In this document: positions 27,796-34,661 of the stretch, one piece after another | How positions within the stretch are numbered: the first letter of the stretch is position 1 | How the letters are laid out: each line of letters opens with the position of its first letter | NCBI GenBank assembly: GCA_003131985.1 | Contig: PKWH01000231.1 | Location: forward strand, 1-43,197 | DNA: 43,197 nt | Origin: Acidobacteriota bacterium | GTDB lineage: Bacteria; Acidobacteriota; Terriglobia; Acidiferrales; UBA7541 | Direction of reading: 5' to 3' | The notes under the pieces: model-generated | What the model was told of the DNA's origin: nothing | The model's database searches: none | The model's input: the letters and a program-made list of their open reading frames with translations, nothing else | Position numbers and translations under genes: made by a program

Positions 27796-28356
27796 ATGCA
27801 ACGGATCGAAACAAATCTTCCAGGTGTCTGGGAACTTCGGCCCAAAGTTTTCTCTGACGCGCGCGGCTTTTTCATGGAGACCTACAACCGCGGGGCTTTC
27901 GCGAAACTGGGAATCGTAGATTCCTTCGTTCAGGACAATCATTCGCGCTCGTCAAAAGGAACACTACGCGGGCTTCACTACCAATTGCACCATCCGCAAG
28001 CCAAGCTTTGCCGCGTAGTGGAGGGAGAAGCGCTCGATGTCGCGGTGGACATCCGAACCGGTTCGCCCCATTTCGGAAAATGGGCCAGCGTGGTTCTCTC
28101 TTCAAAAGACCACAATCAGATTTATATTCCGCGAGGGTTTGCACATGGATTCCTGGCTCTCACCGATTCCGTGCAGTTCCTCTATAAATGCGACGAGTTC
28201 TACGATCCAGCCGACGAACGCGGTGTCGCATGGAACGATTCTGATCTCAACATCTCCTGGGGCTTTGCCAGTCCTCTTATTTCCGGAAAAGACGCTGGCT
28301 TTTCGCGGCTCGCCGATGTGCGCCCGGAATTTCTTCCCCAGTATCCGGTAAGATGA
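27796..28356 (+). CDS. rmlC: dTDP-4-dehydrorhamnose 3,5-epimerase
   Basis: PGVWELRPKVFSDARGFFMETYN...QDNHSRSSKGTLRGLHYQ...KLCRVVEGEALDVAVDIR...IYIPRGFAHGF. ATG 27796 is preferred over GTG 27787. Confidence 0.9.
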   Translation: MQRIETNLPGVWELRPKVFSDARGFFMETYNRGAFAKLGIVDSFVQDNHSRSSKGTLRGLHYQLHHPQAKLCRVVEGEALDVAVDIRTGSPHFGKWASVVLSSKDHNQIYIPRGFAHGFLALTDSVQFLYKCDEFYDPADERGVAWNDSDLNISWGFASPLISGKDAGFSRLADVRPEFLPQYPVR

Positions 28357-29282
28357 GACCCAAGATTTTGCTGACCGGGAAGAACGGTCAAGTTGGTGAA
28401 GATCTCGAGCGGCTCTTGCCGCAACTCGGCGAAGTTGTCGCGTTGGGCCGGCAAGAACTAGATCTATCGAACCCGGAAGATATTCGCCGGACGATTCGAG
28501 AAATCCGGCCGAACCTGATCGTCAACGCCGCCGCCTACACCGCCGTGGACCAAGCCGAAAAGGAAGAAACTGCGGCTAACGAAATTAATTGTAACGCTGT
28601 TGCGATAATGGCTGAGGAAGCGAAGAAAATCGGTGCGTCGCTAGTGCACTATTCCACCGACTATGTATTCGACGGACTGAAGGGAAATCCGTACGTGGAA
28701 GACGATCCGACCGGCCCCATCAATGTATACGGAATGACGAAGCTCGCCGGCGAACAGGCAATTCGCGCTTCCGGGATGCCTCACCTGATCTTTCGGACTT
28801 CCTGGGTGTATGCGACACGCGCTCGAAATTTTCTGCTCACCATTTTGCGACTAGCGACTCAACGGGAAGAGCTAAGAATTGTTCGGGACCAGATCGGTGC
28901 GCCGACTTGGAGCCGCGAAATCGCCGATGCGACTACTAAAATCCTGTCGCGACTTTACGGCAGAGAAAGCGGCCAGGATTCTTTATCTACTGTGAGCGGG
29001 ACCTATCACATGACCGCCGCCGGTGTGACGAATTGGCACGAATTTGCAACGGCGATTTTGGAGGAGGCTTCACACGCGCCGAAAGCCACGCCCTGGTTCG
29101 CCGCCGCGACCGGCGGAAATCCGGTGATTACGCGTCGCGTCATTCCCATCACGACGCAAGAATTTCCAACTCCCGCTCGCCGCCCGGCTTATTCAATTTT
29201 GTCGAATGCTCGCCTGATGAAGACATTTGGCTTCCAGTTACCGGCATGGCGAACGCAGCTGCATCGAGCTTTTTACGGCTAA
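28353..29282 (+). CDS. rmlD: dTDP-4-dehydrorhamnose reductase
   Basis: ILLTGKNGQVG...NAAAYTAVDQAE...VHYSTDYVFDG...YGMTKLAGE. Overlaps the rmlC stop. Confidence 0.9.
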   Translation: MRPKILLTGKNGQVGEDLERLLPQLGEVVALGRQELDLSNPEDIRRTIREIRPNLIVNAAAYTAVDQAEKEETAANEINCNAVAIMAEEAKKIGASLVHYSTDYVFDGLKGNPYVEDDPTGPINVYGMTKLAGEQAIRASGMPHLIFRTSWVYATRARNFLLTILRLATQREELRIVRDQIGAPTWSREIADATTKILSRLYGRESGQDSLSTVSGTYHMTAAGVTNWHEFATAILEEASHAPKATPWFAAATGGNPVITRRVIPITTQEFPTPARRPAYSILSNARLMKTFGFQLPAWRTQLHRAFYG

Positions 29283-29407
29283 CACTTGTTATTTCGTATG
29301 ACATGCATCCTGCACCTCATATTTATCGAGGCCGGAATAATTTAATATATAATGGCCATTTACGATGGATGTAGTACTGACGATTAATCCTTGTTGTTAC
29401 AGGGACG

Positions 29408-32329
29408 ATGCCTTTTGACATGCAGACAAACCTAAAAAATGCGGGACGCCAGATCGAGGCCCAACATGGAGCTCCAGGGCTTGTCTTCTGGATTACCGGC
29501 TTATCCGGCGCGGGCAAGACAAGCGTGGGGCGTGAATTGTGGAACCGGCTGCGCGCCGCCGGGCGTCCGGTCACCTTCCTCGACGGCGACGCGCTCCGTG
29601 CTGTGATCGCCGAAGATCTTGGCCACAGCACGGCCGACCGGCGGCGATCGGCGATGCGCAACGCGCGGTTGTGTCGGTTGCTGGCGGCGCAAGGCGCCGA
29701 TGTCGTCTGCGCGACCATCTCACTGTTTCACGAGGTGCAGCGTTGGAACCGCGAGAACATTCCCGGATATCGCGAAATCTACCTACGGGTCCCGATAGAT
29801 GAGCTAAAGCGTCGGGATAGCAAGGGCATCTATGCCGGGGCTGAACGCGGCGACGCGCGCGACGTCGTTGGCCTTGACGTGCCGGCGGAGGCTCCCGAGG
29901 CGCCGGACCTGGTCCTGGACAATCATGGCGGGCTCGATGTTGCCACCGCGGTCGAGCGCATCTTGTCGGTTTGCGACAGGCGGGATGGCACGGCACGGAC
30001 GGCGCACCTCGTTACCTTCAAGACGAAGGCGGAATCTCTGGAAGCGCTGGCGCCGCTGCTGCGCAATGGGCGCGTCCTGCCGCAGGTCCGATTTTCAGTT
30101 GGCGATTGGCGCTCGGACGCCGCTGGCGTGCTCGCTGCCGTCGCCGCCGTGCCCTGGGGTTCAAAACGGGTCATCGTGCGTAGCAGTGCACGGAGCGAAG
30201 ACGGCGCAGAGAGCTCCCAGGCCGGGAGATACGATTCCGTACTCGGTGTCGTCGGCAGCGCAGCACTGGCACAGGCAATCGATCAGGTGATTGACTCCTT
30301 TGCCGATGAGAGTAGCGACGACCAGATCTTCGTGCAACCCATGCTTGACCGCGTATCGATGGCCGGCGTGGCTTTCTCGCGCAGTCCCGGCGGCGGCCCT
30401 TATTTTGTTATCAATTACGACGACCGTTCCGGCCTGACCGATCGCGTGACCGCCGGTGTCGGAGACAATCTCGAGACTTTTCTTTGCCTCAAATCGCGGC
30501 CTGAGGCTTGTCCCCCGTTGCTGGCGCCGGTTATCGCTCTCATGAGCGAGCTCGAAACTCTCTTGGGGTGTGATGCAATCGACGTGGAATTCGCCGTTGG
30601 TGACGACGAGCAGCTCTACCTTCTGCAAGTTCGCCCACTCGCCGTCGACCGGTGGGAGCGGGCAGCAGACGCAAAGGTCGACGCCGCGCTTGCTGATGTC
30701 GCGCGCAAGGTCGAGCTGCTCAGCCGCCCGCATCCATACTTGCACGGTAGCAAAGCAGTATTCGGAGTCATGCCGGACTGGAACCCGGCGGAAATCATCG
30801 GGGTGCGGCCCTGGCCACTCTCGTTGTCGCTCTACCGCGAACTTATCACCGACGCGATCTGGGCGTATCAGAGAGACAACTACGGATACAAGAATCTTCG
30901 CAGTTTTCCGCTGCTGGTCAGCTTTCACGGACTGCCCTACATCGACGTGCGTGTCAGCTTCAACTCCTTCATACCAAGCGACGTACCCGACGATCTAGCC
31001 GGGCGTCTCGTAAATTACTACATCGCTCGCCTCCTATCCGAACCGCATCTCCATGACAAAGTCGAATTCGAGATCATCTTCTCCTGCTACACGTTGGATT
31101 TGCCGAAACGAATGCGCAGGCTGGCCGAGCACGGATTTTCCGCAGAAGACCTTGCCGAAGTTTCGGGCGCCCTACGGCGCCTCACCAATCGCATCATCCA
31201 TGGCGACACCGCGCTGTGGCGGGGCGACCGCGCTAAGATTGACCTGCTGGCACGGCGGTTACCGACGATCTGCAACGCAAAAATCGACAAGATCAGCCGC
31301 ATTTACTGGCTGATCGAAGACTGCAAGCGATACGGCACGCTGCCGTTCGCCGGTCTGGCGCGAGCGGGCTTCATAGCGGTTCAGCTGCTCCAGTCTTTCG
31401 TTGAAGTGGGCGTTCTCACTGCCGAAGAGGCTGCGACATTCATGGCGAGTGTCGATACCGTCGGGTCTCGCATCGGCCAAGATTTCGCGCAACTTCCGAA
31501 GGCAGATTTCCTCGCACGCTACGGCCACCTCCGGCCGGGCACTTACGACATCCTTTCGCCGCGCTACGACGAGGCGCCCGATCTCTATTTCGACTGGTCG
31601 AGTGCCCGAACGACGGCGTCCGCGTCCCCGCGCTTTGCGCTGTCGATCGAGCAGTTGCGACGCATCGAACAGCTGCTCAAGGAACATGAGCTCGACATCG
31701 ACGTCTTGAGCTTGATCGAGTTCATCAGGGCTGGCATTGAAGGCCGCGAATACGCAAAGTTCGTGTTCACGCGAAGCTTGAGCGACGCTCTGTCGCTGAT
31801 CAGGGAGCTGGGCGAGGATCATGGTGTTTCGGCGGAGGATTGTGCGTTTCTAAATTACGACGCCATCCGCACGCTCTATAGCGAGAGCGCTCCGGTGCGC
31901 GAGGTGTTGCTGGAGAGCATCGCGCATGGTAGAGAGCGTCACGCGCTCACCCGCAACCTCGTTCTTCCACCGAACATCACATCGCCCGACGAAGTGTTCG
32001 CATTTTATCTCCCCCCAAGCCAGCCTAATTTCATCACGCGAAAAAGCGTCACCGCACCGGTCGCGTCCATCGGCGACCCACCGGAGAGCTTCGCTGGACG
32101 GATTCTTTTCGTGCCAAGCGCGGACCCCGGCTTCGATTGGATCTTCACTCGTGGTATCAGCGGATTCGTCACCCAGTTCGGCGGTGCCAATTCGCACATG
32201 GCGATCCGTGCCGGCGAGCTCGGCATACCCGCCGTAATCGGCGCCGGCGAAGCGCTGTTCCGGCGATGGCAGTCGGCGCGCAAGCTATGCCTCGATTGCA
32301 CGAACCAGAAGGTCTTGGTCATCGCATGA
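29408..32329 (+). CDS. Two-kinase fusion: N-terminal APS-kinase-fold domain (CysC/Cj1415-like) plus a PEP-utilising/PPDK-type phosphohistidine kinase (Cj1418 L-glutamine-kinase-like)
   Basis: Residues ~25-190 read VFWITGLSGAGKTSVG...FLDGDALR...ADRRRSAMRNARL...ISLFHEVQRWNR...EIYLRVPIDELKRRDSKGIY, an adenylylsulfate-kinase pattern. Residues ~200-973 contain a PPDK_N-like nucleotide-binding region (GVAFSRSPGGGPYFVINYDD). The C-terminal swivel domain reads ILFVPSADPGFDWIFTRGISGFVTQFGGANSHMAIRAGELGIPAVIG, with the candidate phospho-His at codon 930 (nt 32195..32197). RBS aggga. Confidence 0.75.
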   Translation: MPFDMQTNLKNAGRQIEAQHGAPGLVFWITGLSGAGKTSVGRELWNRLRAAGRPVTFLDGDALRAVIAEDLGHSTADRRRSAMRNARLCRLLAAQGADVVCATISLFHEVQRWNRENIPGYREIYLRVPIDELKRRDSKGIYAGAERGDARDVVGLDVPAEAPEAPDLVLDNHGGLDVATAVERILSVCDRRDGTARTAHLVTFKTKAESLEALAPLLRNGRVLPQVRFSVGDWRSDAAGVLAAVAAVPWGSKRVIVRSSARSEDGAESSQAGRYDSVLGVVGSAALAQAIDQVIDSFADESSDDQIFVQPMLDRVSMAGVAFSRSPGGGPYFVINYDDRSGLTDRVTAGVGDNLETFLCLKSRPEACPPLLAPVIALMSELETLLGCDAIDVEFAVGDDEQLYLLQVRPLAVDRWERAADAKVDAALADVARKVELLSRPHPYLHGSKAVFGVMPDWNPAEIIGVRPWPLSLSLYRELITDAIWAYQRDNYGYKNLRSFPLLVSFHGLPYIDVRVSFNSFIPSDVPDDLAGRLVNYYIARLLSEPHLHDKVEFEIIFSCYTLDLPKRMRRLAEHGFSAEDLAEVSGALRRLTNRIIHGDTALWRGDRAKIDLLARRLPTICNAKIDKISRIYWLIEDCKRYGTLPFAGLARAGFIAVQLLQSFVEVGVLTAEEAATFMASVDTVGSRIGQDFAQLPKADFLARYGHLRPGTYDILSPRYDEAPDLYFDWSSARTTASASPRFALSIEQLRRIEQLLKEHELDIDVLSLIEFIRAGIEGREYAKFVFTRSLSDALSLIRELGEDHGVSAEDCAFLNYDAIRTLYSESAPVREVLLESIAHGRERHALTRNLVLPPNITSPDEVFAFYLPPSQPNFITRKSVTAPVASIGDPPESFAGRILFVPSADPGFDWIFTRGISGFVTQFGGANSHMAIRAGELGIPAVIGAGEALFRRWQSARKLCLDCTNQKVLVIA

Positions 32330-32351
32330 AAGCGGTCGCCATCACTCACAG
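32286..32351 (+). repeat. Gene-junction repeat, copy 1 (functional 3' end of the kinase gene plus a truncated 5' stub of the amidohydrolase gene)
   Basis: It aligns with 33207..33272 at about 47/66 nt by hand. It encodes ..CLDCTNQKVLVIA* and then ATGA-overlapped MKAVAITHS.., which runs into a stop after 26 codons. Confidence 0.6.
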
Positions 32352-32395
32352 CAGGCAAACACAATCATCGAATATCAGACTGACGGAGGAAAACG

Positions 32396-33169
32396 ATGGT
32401 CAATAGCACATCCCAGCCCAAAGTAACTTGGGATTACACCGAGCACGCTTCTCATTACGATAAGAGAGCAGACTACTCCCACGATGCGATCAATAATTTG
32501 CTGAAGGCAATTGGCTGCACCCCTTCCAAGCCCGTAGCCGAGATTGGCGCAGGCACGGGTAAGCTCACGAAGGAGCTGCTCAGTCATGGATTAACGGTCA
32601 GCTCCGTCGAGCCGAACGACGCGATGCGGACAATCGGAATTCAAAATACCAAGGGCAAATCAGCTACCTGGTCTGTTGGCACAGGTGAGGCGACAGGATT
32701 GCCCACAAGCGGTGCTTACGCCGTTTTTTTCGGCAGCTCATTTAATGTAGTTGATCAGAGCCTCACTCTATCAGAGGTTTCCAGAGTGCTTGTACCCAAG
32801 GGCTGGTTTGCATGTATGTGGAATCATCGGGATTTAGATGATCCGATTCAACAGCGGATAGAGTCCATCATCAAATCCTCGATTCCAGCTTACTCGTATG
32901 GATCTAGAAGGGAAGATCCGACAAGCGTTATCAATGCAAGTGGGCACTTCTCTGCCACGAAATCGATAGATGGAAGTTTTGTATGGAAAATGTCAAAGTC
33001 AGACATTATTGTTGCTTGGAAATCACACGCGACTCTCAAACGCCAGGCAGGCAGTGACTCGGTTTTCAATCACATCATCGAGGAAATCGCGAGCTATTTG
33101 GACAAACTGCCTGAAATAATCGATGTGCCCTACACAACTCGGATATATTTTGCGCAAAAGATCAAGTAG
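32396..33169 (+). CDS. Class I SAM-dependent methyltransferase (candidate O-methyltransferase of the phosphoramidate block)
   Basis: Motif I VAEIGAGTGKLTKELL, with LTVSSVEPNDAMR and AVFFGSSFN. Strong RBS ggagg. By spot counts its GC is clearly lower than that of the genes on either side. Confidence 0.8.
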   Translation: MVNSTSQPKVTWDYTEHASHYDKRADYSHDAINNLLKAIGCTPSKPVAEIGAGTGKLTKELLSHGLTVSSVEPNDAMRTIGIQNTKGKSATWSVGTGEATGLPTSGAYAVFFGSSFNVVDQSLTLSEVSRVLVPKGWFACMWNHRDLDDPIQQRIESIIKSSIPAYSYGSRREDPTSVINASGHFSATKSIDGSFVWKMSKSDIIVAWKSHATLKRQAGSDSVFNHIIEEIASYLDKLPEIIDVPYTTRIYFAQKIK

Positions 33170-33206
33170 GGAGGGGTTTTACCGCTTGGCGGACTGCGAA
33201 TACAGT

Positions 33207-33272
33207 TGTGCCTGGACTGTACAAGCCGGAAGGTTCTAGACATCGCATGAAGAAAGTCGCAATTACCCAGAG
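33207..33272 (+). repeat. Gene-junction repeat, copy 2 (orphan 3' end of a kinase gene plus the functional 5' end of the amidohydrolase gene)
   Basis: The frame opened after the methyltransferase TAG reads ..LCLDCTSRKVLDIA*, against ..LCLDCTNQKVLVIA* at the real kinase C-terminus. It is followed by ATGA-overlapped MKKVAITQR.., the real start of the next gene. Confidence 0.6.
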
Positions 33273-33849
33273 GGTATCAGTCGTCCCGGGATATGGTGAG
33301 CGTCGTGATTGTCTCGATCAGGCGTGGCCACGGTTCCTGGCAGCGTGCGGACTGATGCCGGTGGCGCTTCCCAACGTGATTGAGGTAGCCGTGGCGCTTT
33401 GCTCAGGCGCGGACGTTACCGGATTGGTGTTGACCGGCGGCAACGACCTCGCTGCTCTCGGTGGCGATGCCCCAGAACGGGATGCCACCGAGAATGCGGT
33501 TCTTGACGTCGCAGAATCGCGCGGGCTGCCTGTGCTCGGCGTCTGTCGCGGGATGCAGGTGGTGCAGCAGCGTTGCGCAATCCCGCTGTGTCGCGTCGAA
33601 GGCCACGTGACACCACACCAGGTAATTCGGATCGACGGCGAGCCCACAGAGGTCAACAGCTATCATCGTTTCGCCGCCTTAGAATCACGACCACCCCTTG
33701 ACGTTTGGGCGGTCGCTGACGACGGCGTCGTCAAGGCTATCCGGCATGCGGCCCACTCGACCACCGGTATCATGTGGCATCCAGAGAGAATGGATCCTTT
33801 CACGTCTGCCGACGTCGCTCTGTTCCGCCGCGTCTTCAAGGTGGCGTGA
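33247..33849 (+). CDS. Class I glutamine-amidotransferase-fold / peptidase C26 hydrolase (Cj1417-like gamma-glutamyl hydrolase candidate)
   Basis: GLVLTGGNDL, nucleophile elbow LPVLGVCRGMQVV, and the His-Glu pair in GIMWHPE. I prefer ATG 33247 (MKKVAITQ) to the track GTG 33208, which lies in the orphan kinase remnant. Confidence 0.8.
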   Translation: MKKVAITQRVSVVPGYGERRDCLDQAWPRFLAACGLMPVALPNVIEVAVALCSGADVTGLVLTGGNDLAALGGDAPERDATENAVLDVAESRGLPVLGVCRGMQVVQQRCAIPLCRVEGHVTPHQVIRIDGEPTEVNSYHRFAALESRPPLDVWAVADDGVVKAIRHAAHSTTGIMWHPERMDPFTSADVALFRRVFKVA

Positions 33850-34628
33850 TGCGCGCCTTGATCCTTGCCGCTGGTCGCGGTAGTCGCATGGGGCAGCTGG
33901 GCGATGGCCGCCCGAAATGCTTGGTGGACCTGAATGGCCATCCGCTGATTGAGCGCCAGATCGCGGCACTCCGGCGCGGTGGGATGGACGAGATTGGAGT
34001 GGTCCGCGGCTATCGCGCCGACATGATCGATTTCCCCGGCATCACCTATTTCGCCAACGAACGATGGGCTGAAACCAACATGGTGATGTCGCTCGTCGCG
34101 GCCGCTTCTTGGCTACGCTCGGGGCCAGTCATCGTCAGCTATGCCGACATCTTCTACCTCAGCGAATTGGTGCGCGGTCTGTCCGGCGCCCCAGGCCAAC
34201 TGGTCATCAGTTACGACCGGGCCTGGCGCCGCTTGTGGACCCGGCGTTTCACTGATCCTTTGGCCGACGCCGAAACGTTCCAGATTGATGCCGCGGGGCA
34301 ATTGCTGGAGATCGGCGGCAAGACGGCGCGGATCGAAGATATCGAGGGGCAATATATGGGTCTCTTGAAATTCACGCCAGCTGCTTGGGGTGCCGTGGAG
34401 ACGCTACTCAGTACACTCGAGCCACCGGTCCGCGATCGCCTCGACGCGACCGGATTGCTGCGCCGACTGCTAGCGGGTAAGAAGCTCCCTATTGCCACTT
34501 TTGGCACCGATGGCCAATGGGGCGAAATCGACAATCCGGAGGATGTGACGCTGTACCAAAACATGGTAAGGGAAGGGGAACTCCGGCTCGAAGATGTGAT
34601 ACCCAGCGGAGAGCGGAGGGTGGGATGA
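33849..34628 (+). CDS. Nucleotidyltransferase (NTP_transferase fold, Cj1416-like cytidylyltransferase candidate)
   Basis: MRALILAAGRGSRMGQLGDGRPKCLVDLNGHPLIERQI is the signature N-terminal G-rich loop. The ATG overlaps the upstream TGA by 1 nt. The track ORF start (33774) lies inside the previous gene. Confidence 0.8.
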   Translation: MRALILAAGRGSRMGQLGDGRPKCLVDLNGHPLIERQIAALRRGGMDEIGVVRGYRADMIDFPGITYFANERWAETNMVMSLVAAASWLRSGPVIVSYADIFYLSELVRGLSGAPGQLVISYDRAWRRLWTRRFTDPLADAETFQIDAAGQLLEIGGKTARIEDIEGQYMGLLKFTPAAWGAVETLLSTLEPPVRDRLDATGLLRRLLAGKKLPIATFGTDGQWGEIDNPEDVTLYQNMVREGELRLEDVIPSGERRVG

Positions 34629-34661
34629 CGGTGATCGATTCGCGCGGCGCCTTATTTAGAC

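Noticed and set aside
29408-29980. Reading the APS-kinase-fold domain as ordinary assimilatory CysC.
   Set aside because: - No ATP sulfurylase, PAPS reductase or sulfate transporter is in the window.
- The domain is covalently fused to a PPDK-type kinase.
- It is followed by exactly the hydrolase and nucleotidyltransferase families that accompany the CysC-like Cj1415 in the phosphoramidate pathway.
- A PAPS-forming role for a sulfated EPS remains the main alternative and is kept open in the findings.
30161-30928. A long minus-strand ORF (255 aa), plus several other 60-190-aa ORFs on both strands between 29.5 and 32.4 kb.
   Set aside because: They overlap the 973-aa gene, are Arg/Ala/Pro-rich, and are the usual stop-codon-poor shadows of high-GC coding sequence.
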